Origin: an uncultured Pseudomonadota bacterium
GTDB lineage: Bacteria > Oederibacteriota > Muellerivitia > Muellerivitales > Muellerivitaceae
Direction of reading: 5' to 3'
Length of the DNA stretch: 64,000 nucleotides
Assembly (NCBI GenBank): GCA_963836235.1
Contig: CAWIIP010000002.1
Location: 1,696,001-1,760,000, forward strand
The notes beneath the pieces were generated by a model. The model was not told the origin of the DNA. It saw only the letters and a program-made list of their open reading frames with translations, and did not search any database. The position numbers and the translations under genes were made by a program. Positions 27,864-37,432 of this stretch are shown one piece after another; within the stretch, counting starts at the first letter, position 1; every line of letters starts with the position of its first letter.

Positions 27864-29546
27864 ATGAAATATCGCATTATTGGGCTTTTTTCGGTTCTGG
27901 CTGGAATAGCTTTTTCAAACATTGGATGTCCTGGGAAAGATAACCCCACCAGTCCTGCTCCCGTAACAGTAATCATTGTCACGACCAGCACAGCGACTTC
28001 GACTCCGACAGGAACCCTAACACCCTTCACTCCGACCTTCACATTTACCGCTACCTTTACTCCTACCAACAGCCCTACCCTTACGGCCACAAGCACACCG
28101 ACCTCAACGGGAATCGCGACCAATACAAGAACGACGACTAGCACCCCTTCTTTCACCAGCACAAACAGTCCAACGTTCACGGCCAGCAATACCCCGACCG
28201 CGACCAATAACGCCACGAGTACGACCACGGCGACACCCACTTTAACTCCCAGCAACAGCCCTTCCGCAACCTCTAGCAATACCGTCTCAAAAACCTTTAC
28301 GCCCACAAACTCGGTCACGGGGACACCCAGTTTTACCCCGACGACCACCCCCACTTCGACGCCGACCAATACGGGTGGACTAACGTCAACCGCCACTAAT
28401 ACTCCTACCGCAACCAATGGGAGCGGGAATACTTCTACATTCACTCCCACCTTCACCGTTACCTCAACTTTGACCTCTACTAACACACCCGCGCCATGCT
28501 CAAGCGCGGTTTTCCTGTCGAGCTACACTTTTGACTATGGCTTGCAGTGCTGGTCAACCGCCGATAGCTCCCTTTCAGGGGTCACGGATTCTTATTCCTC
28601 AACCACCGTTCACTCGGGAATAGGGGCTTTTGAAGCTACCGCGCCCTTCTCTGGCACCGGGACGGTCAATATCGATATTCTTTTCGCTTCCCCAGCGAAT
28701 CTTTCCGGCCAAACCATCAGCCTTTGGGTCTATGTGGACGCCCCTGTGATCGCGGGTGCGGGAAGCTTCGCCCAACTCTTTACAGAGAGCGGAACGGGAT
28801 ATACCTGGGAGAACAATGCCGGAACCAACTTGACGGCGGGCAGTTGGACTCAATTAACCTTCACCCCTAATTGGGCCACTTCGGGGGAAAATGCCGCGCA
28901 AGTCGAACGCCTTGGAGTTCAGGTGCAATCCGGTACCTCGGCTACAACCGGACACATTTATGTCGACGATGTCACGATCAGTAACACACCGGCGACGCCG
29001 ACGCCTGTTGCGGGCGGAACCTGGTTTGATTCTGGCTCCTCAACGGCCTTGACCGGCTGGTCGGATTATTCCAATTACTACCTGAGTGGGGTTACCACCG
29101 GACCGACTCCGGTGGTTTCGGGTCTCTCTTCATCCTCACCGGGGTACAACAGCGCCAATTGCGTAACCGACAATATCCAATTCACCGCCGCGGGCCAGCA
29201 GGACAATATTCAGTACACCTGGGGGACGGGTTCTAACGCTGCCAATTTCACGACCTTGGGGGTCACGGGTTTCCGTGGCTGGATCAAAACGGACGCGGTT
29301 TTTTCCAACGGCTATCCAGGGGCGGGTTTATTCGTTAATACCAACAGTTATGCGGACAACTACAATGGGGGTTATGTCAATTTATCGAGCGCCGGTACAT
29401 GGACCCAAGTCAATTTCGCGCCGGCCTTTACCGGAACGGATGCCACGAACGTCCAGCAAATCGGGCTCTCGTTCTATACGGGAGCCAGCGCGACCGCTTC
29501 CTTCAATACCGCCAATGTTTATGTTTCTAACGTGGAGCTTTATTGA
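27864..29546 (+). CDS. Thr/Pro-stalk lipoprotein with two carbohydrate-binding-like beta-sandwich domains
   Basis: Lipobox IGC; long TP stalk; TFD...W...NLSGQTISLWVYV...W..L.F...LGVQV...IYVDDVTI, then a second similar domain. Confidence 0.75.
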   Translation: MKYRIIGLFSVLAGIAFSNIGCPGKDNPTSPAPVTVIIVTTSTATSTPTGTLTPFTPTFTFTATFTPTNSPTLTATSTPTSTGIATNTRTTTSTPSFTSTNSPTFTASNTPTATNNATSTTTATPTLTPSNSPSATSSNTVSKTFTPTNSVTGTPSFTPTTTPTSTPTNTGGLTSTATNTPTATNGSGNTSTFTPTFTVTSTLTSTNTPAPCSSAVFLSSYTFDYGLQCWSTADSSLSGVTDSYSSTTVHSGIGAFEATAPFSGTGTVNIDILFASPANLSGQTISLWVYVDAPVIAGAGSFAQLFTESGTGYTWENNAGTNLTAGSWTQLTFTPNWATSGENAAQVERLGVQVQSGTSATTGHIYVDDVTISNTPATPTPVAGGTWFDSGSSTALTGWSDYSNYYLSGVTTGPTPVVSGLSSSSPGYNSANCVTDNIQFTAAGQQDNIQYTWGTGSNAANFTTLGVTGFRGWIKTDAVFSNGYPGAGLFVNTNSYADNYNGGYVNLSSAGTWTQVNFAPAFTGTDATNVQQIGLSFYTGASATASFNTANVYVSNVELY

Positions 29547-29584
29547 TCCGAAATGTTGAATGAATCTTTTATTGGAGTGCCTTT

Positions 29585-30646
29585 TTGAAACTACGTTTAT
29601 TTTGCCTTGCGGGTTTCTTGGTTTTGGGATCAGTTTTCATCGTCGGTTGCCCTGGCAAAACCACCACTCCTACCGCCCCCGCTCCAGTAACTATTTACTG
29701 GTCGGCCACCCCGTCTTTTACCCCCACCCAGGCTTGTTTCGTGGGAACTTCCCCTACCTGTACGCCGACCTTCACTTTTACTTTCACGAACACGTTTACG
29801 ATCACTAACACACCGACTAATACTTTTTCCCCGACCCCAACCTATTCGCCAACTAATACCTTATCGACGACTTATACGTTTTCTTCCACCCCGACAAACA
29901 CACCTACCTTTACGAATACTGTTGTCTCTTCAGTAACACCTACGGCCACCTGTGATTTAACTACGGTATTTCAAAATGTCAGTCTTAAAAACTGGAATTT
30001 TCAAGTTTACGCGGCCATCAGTTATGGGGTCGGGGAAACAAACTCTTGCCTAATCGGTGTTCCGATTACGATCGTGTTCAACCACCTGGGTAATCCATCC
30101 ACTATTTTGGGAAGTTTTATAGCGGATGGCGGGTCAACCAGCTGTGTCTTTAACCAAACCTTGCCGGTCGTCAGCCCCGGTGATGGCTTCCAAGTGAGCT
30201 TTAATTATTTGGGCACACTTTATTCGGGTTCATATACAAGTTCGTCACTGACAGGATGCGGAACCTATATTTTTGGCGGGGTTGGTGGGGCAGAGTTTGG
30301 GGCTGATTTTACTGTTCCGGGATGCACTTGGTCGGGGAACGTAACTGTTACGGGTGGTACTTGCGGGGTTTCCTGTGTTTGTGGGGTTGGACTTTCTTAT
30401 GCTTGGAATGGCACGCTAAGTCAAAACGGATCGAATCTTACTTTTGACTTGTCTGTCGCAGGTGGATCTCCAATTACTTTAACTGGAACCATATCAGGAA
30501 CTACAGCAGTACTAACTGGTTATGATTATTCAAACGGCGAGACAGCCACTGTTAATTTAACTTTTGGTAACAACAATCAATCTTTTAGTGGGACTGTTAC
30601 TGAGCCAAATCAGTGTAATCTTTCTGTTAGCGGCAGCAGTAGTTAG
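29585..30646 (+). CDS. Thr/Pro-stalk lipoprotein with Cys/Gly-rich beta head
   Basis: TTG start after GGAG; lipobox VGC; N-terminus shared with the next gene. Confidence 0.75.
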   Translation: MKLRLFCLAGFLVLGSVFIVGCPGKTTTPTAPAPVTIYWSATPSFTPTQACFVGTSPTCTPTFTFTFTNTFTITNTPTNTFSPTPTYSPTNTLSTTYTFSSTPTNTPTFTNTVVSSVTPTATCDLTTVFQNVSLKNWNFQVYAAISYGVGETNSCLIGVPITIVFNHLGNPSTILGSFIADGGSTSCVFNQTLPVVSPGDGFQVSFNYLGTLYSGSYTSSSLTGCGTYIFGGVGGAEFGADFTVPGCTWSGNVTVTGGTCGVSCVCGVGLSYAWNGTLSQNGSNLTFDLSVAGGSPITLTGTISGTTAVLTGYDYSNGETATVNLTFGNNNQSFSGTVTEPNQCNLSVSGSSS

Positions 30647-30766
30647 AGGCACCTTTTAAGTAAGTGTGATGAATCTAATTTGAACTGATTAAAAAAAGCA
30701 GAGATTGGATTCTTACCGAGCCGTATGCAAAAGAAACAATTTCGGTGGATTCAAAGGTGAAATCGG

Positions 30767-32431
30767 ATGAAACCAAAGTTCTTAGTGGTTTTTTTGCTTC
30801 TCGTCACTGGTTCCTTTTGGATTGTCGGTTGTCCTGGTAAAACCACCACTCCTACGGCCCCGGCACCCGTAACTATTTATTGGTCCGCTACCCCGTCTTT
30901 CACGCCCACTCAAGCTTGTTTCGTGGGAACTTCCCCCACCTGCACGCCGACCTTCACTTTTACTTTCACCAACAGCTTTACCGCCACCAATACTCCCACT
31001 AATACTTTATCCCCAACTTTTACGTACTCACCGACGAACACCTTTTCCCCTACTTATACGCTTACTTCTACACCGACGAATACTGGAACGCTGACGCCTC
31101 CCGTCACGAATACAGCTACGAATAGTCCAACCAATACAACGACCCCAACGGGAACACTCGCAACCTCAACCCCCACTCCGACTTGCAATCCGCATGTCAC
31201 CTTTAGCGTTCCCACAAATCTAACCGTTCAAATAGGGAATGCAATTTTGGGCCCGGGAGACCCAGGGGATTATGAATGTCTCGGCGCTGTCCCCGTCACG
31301 ATTGTTTTTGATCATGGGGGAGTTCCCATAACTTATGGCGGATATTTTTCTATTTACGGAGCTTTCAGCCAAGCCGTTTCGTCTGTTTATCCTGGAGATT
31401 CGTGGACTGCGTCATTTAATTATCGGGGACAAGTTTACAGCCAAACCCAAACATTTAGTTCATGTCCAATTCCCTATTGCGATTATGGAACCTGTATTTA
31501 TGTGGATACTTCTAATTCCACAAGTACCTTCTATACCATTCCTACTTGTTCTGGTCTTCTCTGCGGTGGGGGAACGACGGGGACGACAACCGACCCTATC
31601 ACCATTCATGCTGAGGGGGTAGGCGGAGATGTTGTTAACGTCGTGTTCCTCGACGGAGATGGGGAGGGCATGCCAAATACATTGGTGGGCAGTAATTGCG
31701 GATTTGATTATTACGCGGGGAATAATGGTTCTTTCCAGATCCAATGTCCATTCACGATCGGCGATATTCAGTTGCAACTCAATTCTGTCGTGGGCGAATA
31801 CGTGACTATAGGGCAATGCGGTCTTGGTTTTACTATTGATGCATCTGATGTCGAATTGGCGGATGCGAATGGAAACTATGCTGTTTGGTGGGAAGGCGAT
31901 TTTAATAATTATAATTCTGCTGCATGTACAATTAATGTTTGTCCTTCTACACCCACACCATCGCCATGGGAAATAGATTCTGGCGGGCCTGGAACACTTG
32001 ATATTAGCAGTGCCTCAAATAGTGGCAGCTTAATTGGGGATAGTACAATGATCGATAATGAAGGGGATCAGAACACTTTTTATGTTAATTATTCGGGTAT
32101 TGCAGATGGAGATTGGTCTCTTATCATTTATCCACAGATACCTTCTTCACATTCGCGGAGGACTTCGACAGTTGCTTCAGTTGCCAACCCCGATACCCAA
32201 GGGCCGACTGATCTGAATGTCAAAGCGGTCTCTTCTGAAATATCCATCCAATTGAAGAAGATCCATGCCAATCAAAGGGCAGGGAACATAACGCTCGCCC
32301 AGGCTAAGGTGGCCAGGACTAAAGTTTTTGCCGTTCTCAAGCAACAGATTCGTTTTTTCAGACAAAACCACGGAAGAACATTTACGGACGACCAGAAAAA
32401 TCAATTGGAACAGATGCTTCTTCAAAAGTGA
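30767..32431 (+). CDS. Thr/Pro-stalk lipoprotein with multi-domain Cys-rich head and basic helical tail
   Basis: Lipobox VGC; 51 aa identical to the previous gene. Confidence 0.75.
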   Translation: MKPKFLVVFLLLVTGSFWIVGCPGKTTTPTAPAPVTIYWSATPSFTPTQACFVGTSPTCTPTFTFTFTNSFTATNTPTNTLSPTFTYSPTNTFSPTYTLTSTPTNTGTLTPPVTNTATNSPTNTTTPTGTLATSTPTPTCNPHVTFSVPTNLTVQIGNAILGPGDPGDYECLGAVPVTIVFDHGGVPITYGGYFSIYGAFSQAVSSVYPGDSWTASFNYRGQVYSQTQTFSSCPIPYCDYGTCIYVDTSNSTSTFYTIPTCSGLLCGGGTTGTTTDPITIHAEGVGGDVVNVVFLDGDGEGMPNTLVGSNCGFDYYAGNNGSFQIQCPFTIGDIQLQLNSVVGEYVTIGQCGLGFTIDASDVELADANGNYAVWWEGDFNNYNSAACTINVCPSTPTPSPWEIDSGGPGTLDISSASNSGSLIGDSTMIDNEGDQNTFYVNYSGIADGDWSLIIYPQIPSSHSRRTSTVASVANPDTQGPTDLNVKAVSSEISIQLKKIHANQRAGNITLAQAKVARTKVFAVLKQQIRFFRQNHGRTFTDDQKNQLEQMLLQK

Positions 32432-32491
32432 ATTTAACAACGGAACCAACGTTCAAAATCTTAAACCAAATTTAATTTTAGACAATCCTTA

Positions 32492-32518
32492 TCACCCCAT
32501 CGTGGGATAATCGGTATA
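32492..32518. repeat. Right 27-bp direct repeat, the current 3' end of the OYE gene
   Basis: TCACCCCATCGTGGGATAATCGGTATA. Confidence 0.9.
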
Positions 32519-33565
32519 ACCCTTTTCATCGCCGCCGTAATAAGTGGCTGGATCAGCGGGATTGAGTAGGGCTTTTTGGTCGAACCGTTTGGGTAAATCC
32601 GGATTCGCCAGAAAAAGTGTTCCATAAGACACCAAGTCGGCCCCGCCATTTTCAACGATCTCATTTCCCAATTGGGCGTCATAGCCGCCATTCACCATAT
32701 AGGCCTGCTGGAAAATTTTTCTCAAAAGCGGTGTCAAAAGGATGGTTCCAGCGGGAGGTTTTCTCGGTCCGGCGGCCCCTTCGGCGATACAGAGATAAGC
32801 CAGCTTGAGCCGGTTGAGTTCCCGGGCGAGGTGGGTGAAGGTTTCCACGGGGTTGGCGTCGGACATGGAATAGTGGTCGAAATAGGGGGCAATCTTGTAC
32901 CCCACCCTTTCCGGGCCCCAAACGCCGATGACCGCGTCGGCCACTTCCAGCGGAAAGCGCAGGCGGTTCATCAGGCTTCCGCCATAGGCGTCGGTCCGGT
33001 GGTTGGAGCCGGTCTTGGTGAATTGATCCAAAAGATAGCCATTGGCGCCATGGATCTCGACGCCGTCAAAGCCCGCCGCCATGGCGTTTTGGGCCCCTTT
33101 TCTGAATTCTTCCACCACTTGTGGAATTTCCACAAAATCCAGGGCCCGGGGCGTCTCGATTTTCTTTTTTCCCAGGGGTGTGAAAAGCTCGCCCACCACG
33201 GGGAGTGCGGAAGGAGCGACCGGCAGCTTGCCGCCGTGAAAATCGGGATGGGAAACCCGGCCCACGTGCCAAAGCTGGAGAAATATCCTGCCGCCGGCCT
33301 GGTGGACGGCGTCGGTGACTTTGATCCAGCCCTTGACCTGATCGTCCGAATGGATGCCGGGAGTGTTGGGATAACCCTGGCCCATGGGGGTTACTTGCGT
33401 GGCCTCCGAGACGATGAGCCCCGCCGAGGCCCTTTGGGAGTAGTAGGTCACGGCCAGGGGATTAGGCACGTTGCCTTCCACCGCCCGGCAGCGGGTGAGG
33501 GCCGACATGGTCATCCGGTTGGGAAGTTCCAGCGGGCCCAGCTTGTAAGGGGATAAAAGTTTCAT
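32492..33565 (-). CDS. nemA: Alkene reductase, Old Yellow Enzyme / N-ethylmaleimide reductase family
   Basis: LTRCR, QLWHVGR, GFDGVEIHGANGYLLDQF, ANPDL, GYTDYP. Confidence 0.92.
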   Translation of the reverse strand: MKLLSPYKLGPLELPNRMTMSALTRCRAVEGNVPNPLAVTYYSQRASAGLIVSEATQVTPMGQGYPNTPGIHSDDQVKGWIKVTDAVHQAGGRIFLQLWHVGRVSHPDFHGGKLPVAPSALPVVGELFTPLGKKKIETPRALDFVEIPQVVEEFRKGAQNAMAAGFDGVEIHGANGYLLDQFTKTGSNHRTDAYGGSLMNRLRFPLEVADAVIGVWGPERVGYKIAPYFDHYSMSDANPVETFTHLARELNRLKLAYLCIAEGAAGPRKPPAGTILLTPLLRKIFQQAYMVNGGYDAQLGNEIVENGGADLVSYGTLFLANPDLPKRFDQKALLNPADPATYYGGDEKGYTDYPTMG

Positions 33566-33716
33566 GAAGTCTCCTGGACGTTAAAAATAAAACAGGAGAC
33601 TTTTATACAGACCTATCCTTTGGATTGCTACCAAGAGTATCGAGAAAGGGGTAACGGGCGGGTAACCGCTCTCTTCAGCCATAAAGGCCAAACCGAGACT
33701 TTGTATTTAAGCCGTC

Positions 33717-35336
33717 TCACGCCGGCACCGGCTCCAGGACCCCGGGGTAGCCCTCCTTGATACGAAAGTCGCCTTCCCTTTCCAGCTTTTTTACGTCCAT
33801 CTCCAGCCTCTTCAGGACGATATCCCGGAATTTCTGGAAATGGAGGTAAAGGGCCATGAGGGAAAGGGCGTCGCGGAAGGCCATGGGGTTTTTCCACAAG
33901 GTTACTCCCAGCACTCTCCAATAATGGTATCCGGTGGAGGGCTTGGCCATCATCCGAATGGAAAGTTTGAGGATGGCCTGCAAGTCATTGAAGATGTTCA
34001 AGGAGTTGAAATGCTGGCGCCTTTTTTTCGCGTTGAGCATCAGGCAACTGCGCAGGACCCTGCTAAAGTACTTCTTGGGCGTGAGTATCTCCTTCACGAT
34101 CCGTCCATAATCTTTGAGGATATCCAGTCGGGGACGGGTGGTGATGAAGTTCAAGCCGCTGACGCATTGGTCCCCGGTCCCGTCCATGGGGGTCTCGAAA
34201 CCCTCGTCGAGGCGGCCTTCCTTCTTTAAGCGCCGGGTGAGCTGGGTGTTGGGGACAGCCATCATCAGTCCCACCATGTTGACCGCGATATTGGTTTCCT
34301 CGATGTTGTCCAACATCCTCTGGGCTATGTCGGCCTTTTCCCCGTCGAAGCCCACGATATAACCCGCCATCACGATCAAACCGTGGCGATTGAGTTTGTG
34401 AATGCTCTCGGCGATGGAGCGGTTGGTGTTTTGCCGTTTTTGGGTCATCAAGAGGGTTTCCATGTCCGGCGTCTCGATGCCGGTGAACATCCAGGTGAAA
34501 CCCGCTTCCTCCATGAGACTCATCAGGTCCTCGTCATCGGCCAGGTTGAGAGAAGCCTCGGTGCTGAAATCGAAGGGCCAGTCGTGCCGCTTCTGCCATT
34601 CGATGAGGGCGGGAAGCAGGATCTTGACGGCTTTCTTGTTTCCAATGAAATTATCGTCCACGATGCCCACTTGTCCCCGGTAGCCGAGGTCGAAGAGAGC
34701 CTGGAGTTCTGTCTCCAATTGAACGGTGGACTTGCCCCGAGGAACCCGGCCGAAAAGCTCGATGATGTCGCAGAACTCGCACATAAAGGGACAGCCGCGG
34801 TTCCATTGAATGCTTAAATTGAGGTAGTTGGAAAATTTCAACAAATCGAAACGTGGCGTGGGGGAGGTTTTCATGTCGGCCTTGCGTTCCCCCGGCTCGT
34901 AAGCGTGCCGGGCCTTGTTTTCAGCGAAATCCGCCAAAAATTCCGGCATCGTCACTTCGGCCTCGCCCAAAATCAAGTGGCTGGCCTTGTCATAAAGGTG
35001 GGGGCTGGAGGTGGCGTCAGGGCCGCCGACAATAACGGTTTTACCCAAGCCCCGGAAGTAATCGATGAGGCGCAGATGTTCTTTTTGCTGGAAAATTTGA
35101 CCGCCAATAAAGATGAGGCCGGCCCATTCGACGTCCTTGGGCCTCAGTTTTTCGACATTCATGTCGTTGAGCCGGATATCCCATGAGGGAGGCAGCATGG
35201 CGGCCACGGTCATTAATCCTAAAGGGGCCTCGGGGTACTTGGCGCCGACCAGCTCACAGGCATCACGGAAATTCCAAAAGGATTGGGAGGTGAAACGGGG
35301 ATAAACGAACAAACAACGCTGTGGTGTGGAAATCAT
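33717..35336 (-). CDS. B12-binding radical SAM protein (DUF4070-type)
   Basis: PLGLMTVAA, RGCPFMCEFC, VDDNFIGN, TEAS, IVGFD. Confidence 0.9.
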   Translation of the reverse strand: MISTPQRCLFVYPRFTSQSFWNFRDACELVGAKYPEAPLGLMTVAAMLPPSWDIRLNDMNVEKLRPKDVEWAGLIFIGGQIFQQKEHLRLIDYFRGLGKTVIVGGPDATSSPHLYDKASHLILGEAEVTMPEFLADFAENKARHAYEPGERKADMKTSPTPRFDLLKFSNYLNLSIQWNRGCPFMCEFCDIIELFGRVPRGKSTVQLETELQALFDLGYRGQVGIVDDNFIGNKKAVKILLPALIEWQKRHDWPFDFSTEASLNLADDEDLMSLMEEAGFTWMFTGIETPDMETLLMTQKRQNTNRSIAESIHKLNRHGLIVMAGYIVGFDGEKADIAQRMLDNIEETNIAVNMVGLMMAVPNTQLTRRLKKEGRLDEGFETPMDGTGDQCVSGLNFITTRPRLDILKDYGRIVKEILTPKKYFSRVLRSCLMLNAKKRRQHFNSLNIFNDLQAILKLSIRMMAKPSTGYHYWRVLGVTLWKNPMAFRDALSLMALYLHFQKFRDIVLKRLEMDVKKLEREGDFRIKEGYPGVLEPVPA

Positions 35337-35650
35337 GCAAGTTCCTTTTCAGAAGGCTGGAGGAACAAAAGGGATCTAGCATGAATGCGAGACGCGATGA
35401 GAACGCAACAACCGACTTTGATTTAGTATCTGATTAGAGAATAGGAACATTTATGGGAATAAGCAAATAAGAACGGCGCATTAATGGAAAATAGTGGGCG
35501 GTACCTTTAACTGGACTATCACTTTGAGAACCCTAATTGGGACAAAAACAGGCAAGTGTGCTCAAGAATTCATGAAAGTTGAACTCCTTTGCCGTTCTAG
35601 ACTGCGGATAAAAGGAGTTTTAAAAAGGTTAAGCCAGCAGGTAAAACTGT

Positions 35651-36139
35651 TTAAGGCTTGGCTAAGGTGGATAAGTAAGGGGAAGTGATTTGATGGCAAT
35701 GAACGCAGGCCGCCAGTGTTTCGCCGTACATTTTCTGGAAAGCGATGGAATCGTGGTTTTGAATTGCTTTTCCCAAAGGCTCGATCCGCGATTGGAGGGT
35801 GGAATTCAAGCCGTCCGAAATATCCACGCTGTTCCTGATGAAGCGCAGGCTTCCGGCGGCTTCCATGGCATTTTTTAGTTCTTCCAGCTCAAAACCCGCC
35901 GAATCCCAGTTCCGGGCCTTTCCGGCGAGACTGAGATGGGCCATGTGGGTTTGCATGGCCATCATGTCCATGAGAAAACCCGGGGCGGGTTGTTGAAAGG
36001 AACTCGATTTATCGGCGAAGGCCAGGGCTTTCCGGTGATTTAGATAAGTTTGAAATTCCTTGAGAAGCAAAATCAAAACGAACATGAGTGCGGCCCCCGC
36101 GATGAACCCGTATCTTTTTTTCTTTCGTGAAGAAGCCAT
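35651..36139 (-). CDS. Membrane-anchored cytochrome c'-like four-helix protein
   Basis: N-terminal TM; helical body; C-terminal CVHCH heme motif. Confidence 0.65.
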   Translation of the reverse strand: MASSRKKKRYGFIAGAALMFVLILLLKEFQTYLNHRKALAFADKSSSFQQPAPGFLMDMMAMQTHMAHLSLAGKARNWDSAGFELEELKNAMEAAGSLRFIRNSVDISDGLNSTLQSRIEPLGKAIQNHDSIAFQKMYGETLAACVHCHQITSPYLSTLAKP

Positions 36140-36147
36140 TCTTTTCC

Positions 36148-37422
36148 TCAAATTGAAGTTTTATTCCCCGGGTGACGGCCCAGAAAATAAACGGTGGCGG
36201 CCCCACAAGCGCAGAAAAGCCCGCCCGCCTGCAGGGCGTGGCCCGAGCCCATTTTTTGGGCGATGACCCCCATCCAAAAACTGCCGATGGGCATGCCCCC
36301 GCCGAAAACCAGGGCCCAGATGCCCATCAGGCGCCCCCGGAGCTCGTTGGGTGATTCGGTTTGGATCAGGCTGTTGCCGACGGAAAAAAACAGCACCAAC
36401 CCGAATCCGGCGAAAAACAGGAAGAAGGCGGCACCCACAGGAGCGTGCTGGAAGCCGAAAAGAATAATCGAAAAGCTGAAGATGGACGCGCCAACGTAAA
36501 GACTTCGTTCCTTGACCAACACCGCTCCCATGGTCGCCACCGTCAGGGCCGCCACGCAAGCGCCCAGGCCGGTCATGGCCAGAAGCCATCCATAAGTCGA
36601 GGAATCCATCCCCAATTGGACCCGCACGAAAGCGGAGATTTGGGAAATATAGGCCCAGCCCCCCAGGCTCAGCACAAAAAGAAGGGACACCGCGCGGCCC
36701 ACTTTCGGATTTTTTTTGAGGTAACGGAATCCTTCCAGAAGGCGCCCCAAGCCCTTCATGGAGGGCTTGGGAACGAAGGGCGGCAGTTGGATGCGGTAAA
36801 TGGCGTAAAGCACGGCGACGTAGCTGGAGGCATCCAGGAAAAAACACAAGCTGGGGCCCAAAGCCGTCAGGAGGCCGCCGAGGGCGTAACCGATGACGCG
36901 GGTGGAATTGACCATGGCGCTGTTGAGGGCGATGGCGTTCACCAGGTCCCTTTTGCCCACCAATTCAATGATCAAGGACTGCCGCGCGGGCATCTCAAAG
37001 GCCGTGGACAGGCCCCAACAGGCGGAGAAGAAAAAAAGGATACCGATGCTCACGCTGCCTTTGAGAAAAAGGAGGGCGATCAAGAGCGAGGATAGAAGGG
37101 AAAACCAGCTGGTGAAGGTGAAAATCCTAATCTTCGGCAGGCGGTCGGCCAAGAGCCCCGAGTAAGTGGAGAAAAGCAGGATCGGGAGGGAATTCAGGGT
37201 GAAGGTCAATCCCAGCATGAATTCGGAATGGGTCACCTGGAAGGCCAGCCATCCCAAGGCCGTCGAGCGGGCCCAAGTGCCGATCAAGGAAAGGGCTTGG
37301 CCAGCGTAAAAGTAACGGTAATTGACGTTGCGAAAGGCCACAAAAGTCTTACGCCAGCCCTTCACCGGAATCAAACCCTCTTCCAGGGTGTCGGGTAGAT
37401 TTAAGATTTTGGAATCTTCCAT
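36148..37422 (-). CDS. MFS transporter (MFS_3-like)
   Basis: GQALSLIGTW, PARQS, AIALNS, RGRLMG. Confidence 0.9.
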   Translation of the reverse strand: MEDSKILNLPDTLEEGLIPVKGWRKTFVAFRNVNYRYFYAGQALSLIGTWARSTALGWLAFQVTHSEFMLGLTFTLNSLPILLFSTYSGLLADRLPKIRIFTFTSWFSLLSSLLIALLFLKGSVSIGILFFFSACWGLSTAFEMPARQSLIIELVGKRDLVNAIALNSAMVNSTRVIGYALGGLLTALGPSLCFFLDASSYVAVLYAIYRIQLPPFVPKPSMKGLGRLLEGFRYLKKNPKVGRAVSLLFVLSLGGWAYISQISAFVRVQLGMDSSTYGWLLAMTGLGACVAALTVATMGAVLVKERSLYVGASIFSFSIILFGFQHAPVGAAFFLFFAGFGLVLFFSVGNSLIQTESPNELRGRLMGIWALVFGGGMPIGSFWMGVIAQKMGSGHALQAGGLFCACGAATVYFLGRHPGNKTSI

Positions 37423-37432
37423 GAATTTTCCC

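Larger units (their letters stand above)
27636..32518. mobile_element. Integrase-less genomic islet inserted at the 3' end of the OYE gene
   Basis: 27-bp direct repeats (26/27 identical), visibly AT-richer interior, cargo of three related lipoproteins. Confidence 0.7.

Noticed and set aside
27864-32431. Diversity-generating retroelement or shufflon behind lipoprotein variation
   Set aside because: No reverse transcriptase or invertase; differences between copies are synonymous and not adenine-specific
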